Shown piece by piece: positions 12,378 through 26,028 of a stretch of 64,000 nucleotides of DNA. Each line of letters starts with the position of its first letter. The first letter of the stretch is position 1. The translations under genes were made by a program, and so were the position numbers. The stretch lies in NCBI GenBank assembly GCA_001949185.1, contig BDGG01000013.1, positions 1,065,226 through 1,129,225 on the forward strand, written 5' to 3'. The notes under the pieces were generated by a model. That model had not been told where the DNA came from. It worked only from the letters and a program-made list of their open reading frames with translations, and did not search any database. The DNA is from Ramazzottius varieornatus (Eukaryota; Animalia; Tardigrada).

Positions 12378-13112
12378 TGAACAGTTTTCCCTGCGAAACG
12401 CAGTCAATCACACCCATCAAAACTCTTTTGGAAGACCTCCTGAAGTAGTTGTTTAAGGATTTACCGACGCTATACGTCTAGCCATCTGAGTGGATGCCAC
12501 AAGACAACAGAAACTGGGCGGGCCATTCGCCACGTAAGTGCAAAGGGGAGATCTTTCGATCTTAACACCGGAAACAACTGCTAGTTTAGCACTGCCAAAA
12601 TCTTATCCGCGGGGGCCCATTCTGACGTTACTTACTGGCCCTTGGGGTATGCCAAGGTTCCGTATTCTACTGACAGCCACTCATTTTTCAGTCGTAAAAT
12701 CAAAGCTCTAGTCGAAAATAAATTTAAAGATTCAACGGGCACTAATGCCAGTCTCATCCCCAGTGCAATGTTAGTGCTTTTCCACCATCTCAAATTGAGT
12801 GAATGCGTACAGCCAGTCCAGATCTACACGAAGGTGGTTGAGATCAACAGTCGGTCGGCATCTTCCCTTCCGATATCAATTCGTTAACTGATATCAAGTA
12901 AATCTCCAGCTTGTTCTGGTGGGTTTCGCTAAAAGCCAACGAATCGTCATGGTGCTCGTACGCATTGTCTCGAGACGAGATGAAATCAATGTGTACCTGT
13001 ACTGGCTACAGTAATGGTTACAATTGAGTTCCGAAATGACCATGTAGGCAGAGACGGAGTGGTAGGCTTGTAACAATCCTTCCCCAGGCACATACGTACG
13101 TACCTTGACATC

Positions 13113-14862
13113 TCAAGTATCAGGGTTCATGTCTGACAGTTCCTCTTGAATCAAGCCATTCTCATCAAAGTTGAACTGGACAAAGCCAAGATCGAAACTT
13201 CGGCTGACAAATTTCCCTAACAGCTGACGCCCACCGGTGTAGCCGGATGTGGTATTTTCCCTCCAGATTTCTTGCAGGACTATGCCAAGCAGCAGGAAAG
13301 CTTCCATGGAAGAAGAGACCAATGCGAGTGGCTACAATACAACTTCTCGTGCTGTTATAAGTGACGTCGGATATACGTTACGCAGAAGGAAATTCCTGTG
13401 ACCGCTGCGGACACGGGATAGGTCTTGTTACGGTGTAGCAACGGTTTTCCAACAACGGCTGCACTGCAGTGAAGACACTAAAAGCGATCTTGTTCCACCC
13501 TGATCTCATCTGTTGACCGTGCACCTTTTGTGATGGTGACAGGGCGCCTACTTACAAATTCGCCATCGCACATCCCTAGAAGACTGGCCTGAATCTGGAA
13601 ATAGGATTAACATCCGTTCTGGACCGCTCTTGTTTTACTGACAGTGTCGAGAACATGTTGGCGGATTGGATTCCTGCAGGATGCTTGTACAGTATAGGAA
13701 ATGCTTTCCATCCGGAGGTCACGTGGTCTTAAACCATTCATCAGTGGTAACTGACGTCACGTATTCACCAGAAAGGATGCACCTCCTACACTGTAACTTA
13801 CCACAAGTCGGCGGAAGGGCACAGCTTGCCCAATGAACACCAAAACCGCAAGGACAAAAAAGCTATATCGACGAAGTGGTTTCGCATCACGTGCTACGAG
13901 CGGTGAGTATAACATTGTTAATAGGCTTATCGATGAGAGATGTTGTCGTGCAACTACGCCTGGCACTCCATGAACGAATCATTACAGACATTAAGCTGCC
14001 TCTGTATTAACACACCTCGGCTGATGACTCGGAAGCTCCACAGTTCTCGATTGAAGATCATCGATTTTTTGGAGGTGATGTCATATAGTGGAACATACAT
14101 ATTGTGCTCCCGTAGCAGTGGGACCAGTCGATCGGATATGGTGTGGAATCCGCTGTTAGCACTTAGGTCATGCACTAGGACCACAGTGGACCATTGGTAA
14201 AATTCTAACATCAAGAAGAATGTCCCAAGAGTTGAAACGAAGGAGGTGGGCGTGGTTGTTATTGCTGTCGGGGTTGGGATTTTGTCCCGAAGCGACCCAT
14301 GGTCCACAGATCTAAAGCGGGAAACTTGTCATTAGCTGCTACATGACAAAGCGCGTTCGCGACAAGTGTCTGGCGGAACTGGTCTTACGTGGTGATCATG
14401 AGAACGTTCCAACTGGCAAGCAAAGCGTTCATCTCAGCAAACTCCGAACACACTGCAGAAAACCCTGGTCGTGAACGCTGTCGCGTAAGCCAAAAACAAT
14501 TAGGGGAACTACCATATTCGGGACGATGAAGGCGTAGACATTCGCTTTGGTCCGCGTCTTGTACTGTGGTATCATTCGGACATGACGAAGCTGGTTTGGC
14601 TCGTCAGCGTGGCGCAGTCTGAGCTGAATGACTCGTTGACCTGGTATGTATTGGTCGGGTTAAAATGACGTCTGTGATCTTCCCGAAAGGAAGACGCTGC
14701 AAGGTTGAAGGAAGGGCCAAGATAGTGCAGCGAAATCGTGGTGGGATCTGTGACCACTCCAAAGGTCACTATTTCCACCTGTCGTGGGCCATGGGTGCCA
14801 ACTAAGAAGCTTGAACATACGACGAATAGAAGCCGCAGGGCTCCGGTCAAAGCAACATACAT
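13113..14862 (-). pseudogene. ANF-receptor-like copy B, pseudogene
   Basis: Exons homologous to copy C (VEIVTFGVV..SQTSFVMSE; VCSEFAEMNALLASWNVLMITT; DHGSLRDKIPTPTAITT; VLVFIGQAVPFRRLV; GGRQLLGKFVSRSFDLG). W>TGA stop plus frameshift at ~14574, deleted QR, stop at 13113-13115; no TM exon found. Confidence 0.75.
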
Positions 14863-15432
14863 TGGAGCGTCGGTAATTAAGGTAACACGGACAAAATGTT
14901 CGGAACACCAACTGAGCTCGCGCACAGTACTGGACAGACAGCGTCACTTACTGACATCTGCCAAACGCGGTACCGCAAAAAGTAAGTAATTTCAGTCACT
15001 TGATGCGTACTATGTACGCTTGGTGTTTTCGATCGGTGATTTGTAGGGTGTGGAATAGGATAAACTGATTTGTTTTCAGGCCAATGAGCCTGTGCGGTTA
15101 GTTTAATTGTCCAGGAAAGGAAGAGTTTTTATTGCTAAATAATTTGCAGATGTTGAGATTCCGGTCATGTTATCCCGGGCGGGATGCAAAAATGGCAATC
15201 ACTGCCGACATACAGTAGGCGCCTGGTTCCAACGTAGAGCCTGATACTCAAGACTCAGCATGAGTGACGCCGTAAGAACGCATTTATTACTTTATTTCAT
15301 AACGACTTATTCATTTGCGGCACAATCCCACTCCTGCAGGGGAACTTTCGCGATGGGACAGCACTTGTTTCAGATCAACGTAAAAAAGAAGAAGAAAATT
15401 CACAGCTCATCGACTTCAATCTATCAACAGAA

Positions 15433-18400
15433 TCAGATGAAGTGGCTCGACATGGTGAACAAGGGCTTGTTAACTGAAGAACCTCTTGCTGTTTGAAGCT
15501 CAAAGTTACCCAGGGAAATCCAGTGGTCCGTGAATTTGGGATGTCCGTGGTTACTGGAAAAAACGGCCGAATAACATCTTTCCTCACGCGAAATCTGCTG
15601 ATATTATAGAAAGGCTCCTTGTACCTGTACCAGCAAACAGCGCTCACAAGGCCGACGAACGCTAATCCAAGTAACGTAAGCAGTACTACAATCTCAGACG
15701 CCTTCAGCAAAATACTACCTGTGAACAAAGAAGTGTGGAATAAATACGTGGGTATGGACGAGTACCGACAATACCGTGGCCCAAGCCTAACCAATCGGAC
15801 TCTCGCACAATCAGTGTCCCCAACATACAACGGGTTTCTTTATTGGTGTCTGAAACGCGCTATATCATAACGGATGAAACCTTTGACTGCAATGGATGGA
15901 CAGTGTTAATGGACCTACCTGGAACACATGGGCCACGATTTCCGGCATATCCGCAAACTGGCATGTTGAGTGGGACGGTGTTCGAAGAGTTAGCTGGTCC
16001 ACCCCAGTCGACATCAGCTAGTTTACGAACTGTCTTGGTTCCCTTATATTCCAGTCGCAGCACTGGCTACAGCAAAAGCCATTGTTTTGTAAAGATTTGC
16101 GAACGACAGCATTCGGTGACGATTCTTCCTCAAAACTTACTCTGAACTCTCCGGTAACCGGATCCATATCCGAGAGCTCTTCATGAATCAAACGCTGGCC
16201 GTACTCGTCGAAGTCGAATTGGACGAACCCCAGGTCAAAACTTCGATTGAGAAACTTTTTTGTAAGCTGCCGCCCGCCGACGTATCCTCCTGTTGCGTTA
16301 CCGCTCCACATTTCCTCCAACACCATACCGAGCATCAAAAATGCCGCCATCGATGAAGACACTATTGCCAGTGGCTACAAAGTGGTTAGATATACATGTA
16401 CTCTGACACAACGTTCGAGCGGATAGGCTGTGTGGCTAAAGGATGTCAACCATAACTAACCGCCTCGGAAATAGGATAATATTTTTTGTATGGAGAAACG
16501 TAGCCTGTGTTGATCGCTTTGTTTGACGTGCGATTAGATATCGCGTATACTGAAACATCAGGCTCTAAGAGCAGAACCGAACGAAAAGCTTCCCGAGCTA
16601 TGGTGTCGTTTGAATCGCCGTAGTTCCAAGTGATGTATCCAAGAGCCTTCGCCTTGGACACACTGACAATGATGTACACCTGGAAAGATATTGCATTAAT
16701 TGTACATACGTGTGTACAGTGTACGACAAAATTAACCGTTAAAAATGGGCGTAATTCTGCAGCTGGAGCTCCTTCCAAACTCAGCCAATGAGAATTATAT
16801 TTTGCTGCATGCGCAATTTTCATTGGCTTCATCCATCTTGCTCCCTCCAACACCCATTTTTAACGGCTTATTTTGTCGTACACTGCGCATACGCCCTGTA
16901 ACGATAACGTGTTGCAAAGAATACGTTTAACTCACGTAATCGCCGTTGCACATTCCAAGAAGGCTGGCCTGAATCTGAAAGTATGGATTTGGTCAGTTTC
17001 GGACAATACTGCCTCATACAGTAATCCGTTTTTAGTTAACACCCTGCCGAACTCGCACTTTCATATCCGAATACTACTATGGGGGAAATTAAGATACCAC
17101 ACTTTGTGACTAGTTGGGACAAGAGGTGAGGTCTACAATCGACCAATTACCACTCACGAAGCGGCACATAGGGTACCTTGTGTCTACTCCACCCCTCTAT
17201 ACAGCAAGCTGCGCCACTCACCGAATCGACGCGCCAAACTTTCGGAATTATTTCTGACCACTGGACAGTTGGCAGGCGGAACATAAAATTTGTCATTAGT
17301 CGTAGCGAAGTGTATGGGTTCTGATTCTAATTTTTTTGAGAGCTTTCTGTCCAGCTCAAGCAAAAACTGGCTAAAAAACAAAGACATTTTTTCAGTGATG
17401 CCGAAAGCTGCTAGCCAGCGATCGTTTTCTCCCGGCATTACGTCCGTGTTTACGCAGGCAAAGACAAAAGTTCCACCATCAAGAACATCAGACAGAATTT
17501 TTCATAGCAGTTTTACTGTGCGCTGGGACAGTGGGTATCCCCCTTGGTCTACAGGGTGTTAAACACAGCGTAACAGGCGGAACGTACCACAAGTTGGCGG
17601 AAAGGCAAAGCCTGACCAATGAACACTAAAACTGCAATGAGTAAACATTTCCATACTATTGCAAATAACATACCTACCGTGCACAAAAAGCACCGCTGCA
17701 CGATCTTCCCATTTGGATTTGTTACCCGGTTTGCAGTTGTGAGTCACGGTGTACAAGTAGGTGCTCCCAACTGGAAACCGGAAAAGGATCCCAATGGAAG
17801 ACTTTGCGGGGTTGCATTTGTACACTGTACACAGCGACCACACGCGAATGAAGTGACTACACACCAGTAAAACCGGATATACTTGAGGAACGGAAATACC
17901 GTACCTCGACTAATTAGTCGGAAGCTGCTCAACTCTTGGCCAAAGTTCATCGATTTCTTGGAGGTGATGTCAATTAGCAACACTTGCATGTTGTGTTCAC
18001 GTAGTAATGGGACTAACCGATCGGCTATTGGGTGGTAACCGCTATTGGCACTCAGATCATGAACAACGACCACGGTAGACCATTGGAAAAACTCCAGCAT
18101 TAAGAAGAATGTCCCAAGAGTTGAAACGAAGGAGGTGGGCGTGGTTGTTATTGCTGTCGGTGTTATGGATTTGTCTCGGAGGGATCCATGGTCCAGCACT
18201 CTGGGAAGCCATATATATTCAACAGTACCTTCTGTGCTAATTTCAGCGTTAACCACAATACTGTGATACCGAAATACACTTGGATTGATCTCTGTCTTAA
18301 GTTGCACCCCCGTTTGTCCCATAGGCAAATTTTGCCGTAGAAATTTTGCCTAAGGAAAAGATACTCGAGCTGTGGACCTGACATCACGACTGGAGTCGTC

Positions 18401-19438
18401 AGACCCGGACGGTACAAACGGCTGCTCTCGGTACCTGCACAAAACTCGCCGACAAGTTTTCCACTCGAACATAACAGGGACCAAGCCTGGTGCAGATGGA
18501 GTGACACGTGCCAGACACTAAACTATTAGTCAAGACCATTTGAGCATGTTTCACTATGCTTCGTGGACAAACTTCCAAAACTCAAAGGTTTTCCATCGGC
18601 AAAGTATGGTAAAAAGTGCTCACACGCTCTTAACTAATCGTCTGGTGTCAGTCTGTCTGCGCAAGGCCCGCTCCCTACTACTGTATTTTCGAGTGAAAAC
18701 TTCTTCGGTGCGTTTTACGCAGGCTCCGGGACAAACCGTTTGCACCGACCGGAGCCGACGGTTCGGAAGGTCTACGGTTCGGAAATTTTTTTATTAGGCA
18801 AACTTTTACGACAAAAATTTCCCCATGGGACGCGCTTACATCCCCGTAATCGATTAGCACATAAGTCTGGTGCACGTGCGAGTCACACTCAGGTGTATCC
18901 AGGTTCATGGGTATTTCGTCACACTAACTGGTCTTACGTTGTGATCATGAGAATGTCCCAACTGGCAAGCAAAGCGTTCATCTCCACAAATTCTGAGCAC
19001 ACTGCAACAGTTTTCCGTGAGAAAAACACTATTAACCAATCCTACAACACAGAAAGCGAAAGAATGTGATAAGTATGCCACCGCACGTGGAACAATGAAG
19101 GCGTAGACATCCGCTTTGGTCCGCGTCTTGTAGTACCATTCGGACATCACGAAGCTGGTTTGACTCGTCAGCGTTACGCAATCGTAGCTGAAGGACTCAT
19201 TGACCAGGTACGTATGAGTCAGGTTGAAATGACTTTTATGGTCCTCCCGAAGAAAAGACGCTGCAAGGTCGAAAGATGGACACAGGTAGTGTAAAGAAGT
19301 TGAGGTGGTGTTCGTTACCACGCCAAGGGTCACAATCTCCACCTGCTTCAGTACCGTTGTGTCAGCAGACACGCTCAGAAATGCAAGACATAAGACTTGT
19401 GAGGCCCTGATCATATCAAAATGCATCGAAAGTACCAT
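15433..19438 (-). CDS. ANF-receptor/natriuretic peptide receptor-like single-pass membrane protein, copy C (short tail, no cyclase)
   Basis: Exons ~19438-19089, 19005-18938, 18200-17904, 17633-17587, 16974-16936, 16680-16460, 16375-16141, 16068-15919, TM exon ~15718-15626 (SEIVVLLTLLGLAFVGLVSAVCWY), last exon ~15555-15433; conserved WGGP..VPLN.PVCGY juxtamembrane motif. Confidence 0.78.
16717..16885. mobile_element. Tc1-like MITE (CAGTGTACGACAAAA TIR) in an intron of receptor C
   Basis: ~33-bp TIR CAGTGTACGACAAAATTAACCGTTAAAAATGGG / CCCATTTTTAACGGCTTATTTTGTCGTACACTG; second copy 52459-52626, partial copy 31405-31470. Confidence 0.75.
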
Positions 19439-19750
19439 TTTCGCTGCTAAGAATTTGAGGAGTAACGACGGAGGACGACGCAGTCCTTGGTGTGAATACT
19501 TGTAAGTGAACTGCTTGAAGAGTCGACATATGAAAGCTGTTGAACGCCTAGGTAGCTCGCACAGCATGCGTCGATGTTTCGCTCACCCAGACAAGCTTGA
19601 ACGGCCTTAGGCAGGAAGTGAGCGGGAAAGAGCACCTATGGTACAAGGCGTACTGAATGCGCTAATCTGCGTTTTCGGAACAATTGAGACAGCTTGACTG
19701 GTCATAATCGGTTATAAACTCCGGAAGACCGGAGAGCTCAAAGCTAAGTA

Positions 19751-20072
19751 TTAGGTCTGTTAGTATGACTTTGCGGTTTTCTGAGGGAAGTATTGAAAAT
19801 CATACCTTTGGCCTATGGCGGAATTTCTCGTTTTCTTCTTTTCATAAATAACAGCAGATACCAGTGTTCTGCCCAAGGTATTGGAAACTCTGATTCGTGC
19901 ATTTGTGTGATTCTGTACGAGAACCTGATCTCATTAAATTGACCAGATCTTGCTTTTGATTGATCAGCAAGAGTCTGTTAGACAGATAGAACAGCAGCCA
20001 GGTTTTGGATGCCTCTAAAAATACGTTTGAAAGTGTTCCGCCGAAACCGCAAAGTCACAATAACAGACCTAA
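19751..20072. mobile_element. MITE with ~30-bp TIRs and TA target duplication
   Basis: TTAGGTCTGTTAGTATGACTTTGCGGTTT ... AAACCGCAAAGTCACAATAACAGACCTAA, flanked by TA on both sides. Confidence 0.75.
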
Positions 20073-20149
20073 TACATGAATGTCTGATAATGAAAACGTG
20101 ATGGCTCTTCTCATCACTGACTCCACCGATGGGCTCCTCTCACCACCGG

Positions 20150-20300
20150 CTTTGGCCAAAATTTTGACCAATTTGGCTGTTGGTCAAAAAATTGGCCAAA
20201 GGTCATAAAACTGGCCAAAGAGTTGACCATTGGTCACGTCTTCACTTACCAAATCTGGCCAGAAATTTGACCAGTTGGCTCGAACAGGCTTGGTCAAATC
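20150..20300. repeat. Cluster of short TTG(G/A)CCAA / TTGGTCAA palindromic motifs
   Basis: About ten degenerate copies in 150 bp. Confidence 0.5.
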
Positions 20301-20700
20301 CACTCTATCACAAGACAGAAAAAACAGAAAGTTTCGGGCAGTTAGGCGCTTACCGTCTTCGGATCTCGATACTTCCAATCGGACGCCTTTCCCGAAGCGA
20401 TGGGTATTCGGTTCACAGTACTCGTACGGTGGTTTGATCTCCATGTCGTCCGCGGACTGGTCGTTAGTAGAGCAATGAGGGTTGTCGTGGTGGTCATGTC
20501 TTTGACGGGTACCTTCTGCTTCGTTGCAGCGCACTGTTGCTGTAGGTTTAGGAAGTCATGAAAGTTCCTGAATGTTCGATGTAGGGTTTATCCGAGCCCG
20601 GAAGTGTTCTTCCATAAAGACAGCTACTCCAACACCATCCTGGCCAGTCCGGTAGATGGAGTGGCAATCCAGCTAACGTACATGCTACTACTTAGGCTGT

Positions 20701-20792
20701 ACACGTAGGACGAGAAATTATGGGACGGTAAAAACTGCGGGACAGACGGAAAGGACAGCAAAACGGAAAATGAATCGTAGATAAGCGTCGAA
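20701..20792. mobile_element. Orphan end of the pogo-like CACGCAGGACGAGAAATTATGG TIR family
   Basis: Matches the reverse complement of 49880-49968. Confidence 0.6.
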
Positions 20793-21899
20793 GTCTCCCG
20801 CTGCACGTAATCAAGTGATTCTTGTTCCCTAAGGTGGATCAATCTCTCTCCTCAAGGTCCGAATAGATTTGAGAACGACCAAATGTTTTTGGTCAGAAGA
20901 CACTGTCGGGGGGGGGAGACGGGTCAGTTCAATGTGAAAATCCTAAAGTTGTATCAACAGGTGTACGACGAGAAATCAATCAAGCATTCACAATAGTGCT
21001 TAAGCTTTTTGCATTGACAGATTTATGGTGCGAAAACCTCTATGCCCGAATTATGTTCTGTACAGTTCTACCTGTGAGATGTGACAGTTCGAACGCCCGA
21101 AATCAGTTCCGAACGGTTCATGTGTGCACGGATTTGCTCGCCATGCGGTTCACATGAGACCGATCAGCTGATCAGACACGCGCTTGACCACTTGAGCAAG
21201 TCAAAAGACAACCGGACGTCGATCAGCTGATCGTGCTGCGCAGTGCATGGCTAGCAGTCTCGTGCAGAAACCTGTTCAGGCCTCCTCGTTCTCCCGCTCA
21301 ATGTGCATCTGCTTCCAGATCTTTTGTCAAGTACTCCTGAGTAGCCGGCACTTCCGTTTGCAAAGTTCCATCAATCAAGGCGATGGCTGATACTGTGAAG
21401 GTTCTCCACTATTTTTTATTGGTTTTCGTTTTCGAATATCGAAGAATGTGAAACAAAAACGAACCCTAGCACCAGTTAGACTTCCCGGTTCCGAGTGTCC
21501 AAAATATTCAGGGTAGAAGACCCATACAAGAAATATTTTTTCCCGTTTTCACTCCTAGAGTCTGCGCCGCGTCTCTCTGGCTAACTTTTCCTCCTGATCC
21601 AAAAAAATATAAGGACCATGGTCCTGATTCCCATAGGGAACGAGCTGTAGCTGTCATCTGTTCGAAAAACGTCCCGTACCCAATCACCATCAAAAGTCAT
21701 TCTCAGGGGTAAATTTTCACGGCCAACAACATTTCTGCTGGTGACGTCATCGAAGAACCTTTCTGTCATGTGATACGAGCAAAATCTTTCAGAATATTAA
21801 TTATTCGCATTTCACCGTGCAATGACTGTGCACTGGATTATACCGCAGTTACTCCAGCCTGCGCGGTGTAACAAATAACGTTTCGCTCGTCGAGCAAGG

Positions 21900-22390
21900 A
21901 AACGTAAGGATACGAAAGATTTCTTCAAGACCACGAGAGAGTGGAAAATTCCCAAAACACGGACAGCATTTCCTCTCTGAACGTCTACACCAGAACGCTG
22001 TCTAAGAGATTCTGACGATCTTCTTTCTCCCGTGTGGTCTGCAACTCTCTTCCCAACTTCTCTTATCAGACTAGCCGCCGAAGGACCGAAACATCCGTAG
22101 GTCTCTACACCAACTGGACAGAAAAAGTATCCGATACTTTGTCCGCTTGGGATCTTCGGCTTTGTTGGCTGCATAATCCGCGTTCTCCGCCGATCCATCA
22201 ACATGACTGTCACATGGGGACTGACAAGTGACCAAAGCACGGCGCAGCGATTCGTTCAGAGCCGAGTGCCGGCTGTGCCGACCAGCACTGTACCTACAGC
22301 TTAGTCCGTATCTCCCGTAGACTTCAACCGTTGCTGAACATCTACAGGTGTGCGGTTCACAGAAAGGAGCGCCCCGTCTCAGACCCATTC
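21900..22390 (-). pseudogene. 3' remnant of an RLE-type non-LTR retrotransposon (CRE-like)
   Basis: GLRRGAPFCEPHTCRC...GLSCRYSAGRHSRHSALNESLRRAL (zinc-knuckle region) and FCPVGVETYGCFGPSA...LRQR...VQRGNA (restriction-like endonuclease C-terminus) in different frames, with an internal deletion. Confidence 0.75.
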
Positions 22391-24334
22391 AGACCTTAGG
22401 ATATGACACAACTTCGGCAACGTTTCACACCCTATTCGCACAGCCACGACACTTTCCGCGTCACTTGCTGTCCAGTCTTTCACTGCTTGGGCACCCGTGG
22501 GATTCAGTGCCACCGCTGCAATTGGATTGCATCGGTGACACTGAATATCAAATGTTGATGTAGTAACTGTACTCTGACACCATTGGCTTGAACATTTAAA
22601 GCCATATCTGGGCAGAAATAGTCTGCAGGAAGCTCACCGTTTGGAAAGTCTTGGGGTCTATGGTTGGTGAAGCAGAGCTTAGTTTACGGACAATCAATTT
22701 TCTTCGAAAAATAGATCAATAGCTTTCTGCTATAGGAAACGTGCCAGCTTTTTCAAAAACGCATTGTCGACTGCTACTCTTGCCTTTACAATCCATTCGA
22801 CCAGATGCAGCACTGTTAATGATTTCTTGTATTTTTCGAGGTTGTGGAAGTTGGCTTTGTTTTCGAAGAGCAGAACATGAATGCAACAGCCGCAACAGGC
22901 AGCTTCTGTTGTTGCGTTGGAATGAACAAACGATCAAAACGTCAAGGCGAGCCATTCTGTGCTTATGGTGATTTTCCCGATGTGAAATGGAAGAATAGTA
23001 TGCAGATCACGAACGAATGGACTGTACCTTAGGGAGCAAGGAAAATCAAATCTTCTCTTAGAATCAATTTAGTAATAAGTGTTTTCGCCCATGCGTTTTA
23101 CACTAGACTTCCTTGAGCATTGAGCGCTACAGTCGCGGCAGCGGTACCGTTGCTGACAATCTTGGCTCTACTTGTCCATAGGGTACAATAACAACTGAGA
23201 TTCTATGGATAATGTGCTTCTCGGCGAGCCCTGCATATCGACGATGTCTGGTACAGGTGTTGCGCTCCCCGCTTCCGAACTCTCCTGCGAGCTTTGGTTC
23301 TGGCAGTGCGTTGAAGCCTAGCCGCTTAAACACAACTGACACACGTGACACCGCTTCTTGATTCGACGCGGTAAGAGAAAAGCAAACTTATCTCGAAATT
23401 AAAGACACGAAAAAGCTACCGCTATATCCCTTTCGGTAGGTGCTGTCGCAAGACTTCTGAAGAACGTCAACTGCCGCGGGATCGCAGACAACGCTACTTT
23501 TACTCCGGTTCGCAGGTTTCCCTGTAGATAATCGTTTATGGATGGACGGAGCATTCGCTGAGCGAGCCATCTTTGTCACCCTACCATGTACTGTAGTTTT
23601 ATCGAAAATTTCGCATGCTCCCAGCTTATGCCTGTGCAGCTTATGCCCGGACCGGAGTACTGGAAGTTAGGCTTTTGACCACACCGCTAAAAACTTCACT
23701 CAATGGACGATTGCCGTGTGATCCCCCTTTCTGCCTATAGGTGACGCCACACGCCGAACGGCTCAGTGCCGGAGCGTGGGGCCCAGGCAATGCTCATGGG
23801 TGAGGACTCCGCGAAAACTTCCAGGCATTGAGCACGGTAAAGTTTTGATTTTGCTGGACAAGGACGCTTAGAAAAACCACATAAATGTTTCCATTCAACT
23901 GTCTGAACTCGAGTATTAAACTCATGAGAAGATTTACGGAACGTAAGACGGTGATTAAATTTAGGACAGCTAGGCCAGAGAAAACACGACTGGTCGCTGT
24001 AGAAGTGTTTGTAGGCGATGGCTTCATAGTCTGCCATCTCGTCTTCTTTCACAAGACTTCTTTCCGAGCGATATCCCGAGTGATCCTCCATTCGCGGTTC
24101 TGGGCAATGCGATGCTTTACGCCAAGCGTGGTGTTGTCGGAAGCAAAGCCTTTGACGCAAAGGCAATCCACTTGGCAAGTACAGTAATCAACAACATGTA
24201 GGCCAGCCACTGCACCGACAAGTCCAATCCAGTTTTAGGTTTCGCATGACCAGCCCCTCAACGTCGACGGAGCAAACGTCGAGTCGACGTTTACTAGTCA
24301 GAAAAAGTCCCATGAATCGAAACGGAAACGGAGA

Positions 24335-25996
24335 TATAGGAGGCTCGGCGAAACTAAAATAAGCCGCTTTAGCCGTTCTTGGCCGTGGCTAAAAATATTT
24401 TAGCCGCTGCTAAAGTAGCCAAAATACTTTTAGCCACGGCTAAAATGTATTGTGCGTTTGATTGACTTATTGATGTTGAGTCGGCTAAAATAGTTTTGGC
24501 ATCAATAAATCATTCGAACGCACAATAAATTCTAGCCGTGGCTAAAAGTATTTTAGCTGCTTTAGCCGCGGCTAAAATATTTGAAGAAAGTCATTTCGGA
24601 CTGGGTGATTTGGTCAATGGCCAAAAATGTTCAGAAATTGATTTTTTCATATATGGCAGTTAGGGGCGAGTTGAAACGGCTGACGCAGTCTTGTGTAGCA
24701 CTCATCAGAGTATCTCATGGTGCAAAGCGCATGGGCGGCAGATGAACATCAAGCGAGATATCACTTCGGCAGATAAGGGTACTACAGTGGTCATGATTGA
24801 ACTTTGAACTATCGCGAATGTGTGAACTGAGGCCTTTCTTTCCCTTTATGTTGAGAACCGTCAGGTTGTGATGAAAGCTCGTACAGCACAAAGTCGACAA
24901 CAGTGATTCATACGGGCGTACAAGACGAAGAGTATAGGTGGCCGAGACCAAGATGGGGAGCCTGCAAACGATCTCGGAAGAATCGTTATCTCGAGTGACG
25001 CAGTGTTTATTCCTGTTGGCGGGTAACTTGCGCCACATGAACAACGATCATCCCGAAATTGGTTCCCGGGCACCCCGATAAGCGGTTATTACTGCAATAT
25101 TATAATAACGGTATGGGACAAAGCACAGTCAGTGTGAAGCTAATGATGAACGGATGATCCTACGGTGCGGATAATGACTCCGGATATGGTGGCGGACGCT
25201 GAAACAAAAACAAAACATCAGTCAGTTCTGACTCGAACCCTGTTGGGAATAGGCGACGACCCATACCTCGTTGATACGTTAGAGTTCCAACGACCGAAAA
25301 TCAGCAGTAAGGGTCCAACGTGATGAAAGAAGGGATATGTGTCACCACCACCTAAACATTCTAGTCTTATTTCCACTGCCAACAATGGAGTCATCATGTC
25401 CAGTTGTACGGAGAAGCAATGGCTAATTACAAGTGTAGCTCCGTATTTCAACTAGGATAGAAATTACGCCGTCACTACCACGTTCGCACTCCTGCCCCTC
25501 TGACTTCACGCAGATATCAATAATACGCACCTGACCGCAGCAAAAATTCTGCAACGAAAATTCTTCCCAAAAATACACTATTGTACACACGCCTGGCCTA
25601 ACTGTTGGCATGGACAAAAGAGTTGGCAGCCGGCCGAAAGCGGTAATGGCCACCTTAATTTAATGTACGTTGCCGCTTTCGACCGGCTGCCAGCTGTTTT
25701 TTTTCATGGCATCAGTTAGGCTAGGCGCGTGCACACTCTTGCATTGGAAAACTCTTTCCTTGTACAGGGGCAGGTGGTCAACCAAAGGGCCACCTTTGGT
25801 CAATCGTTACTTGTGGGTGCGCAGAGGTGCGCGTTGGTTATCGAATGCCCCTCATCAAAACTAGCAACTTGATGTTGCTAGATGCGTTTTTGGGCCCATA
25901 GGAGCAAATCACCCAGTTCCAAATGATTTTTTTAACTTTTAGCCACGGCTAAGAACGGCTAAAACGGCTTATTTTATCTTCGCCGAGCCTTCTATA
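24335..25996. mobile_element. Non-autonomous DNA transposon with ~60-bp TIRs and 8-bp TSD AACGGAGA (hAT- or P-like)
   Basis: Left TATAGGAGGCTCGGCGAA..TAAAATAAGCCG; right end is its reverse complement; AACGGAGA at 24327-24334 and 25997-26004; subterminal TTTAGCC(G/A)CGGCTAAA palindromes. Confidence 0.8.
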
Positions 25997-26028
25997 AACG
26001 GAGACACGTTCAGTGTGAAAAAAAATTA

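Noticed and set aside
22716-24187. Several 60-150 aa ORFs
   Set aside because: No recognisable domains or consistent splice pattern; probably decayed TE or non-coding
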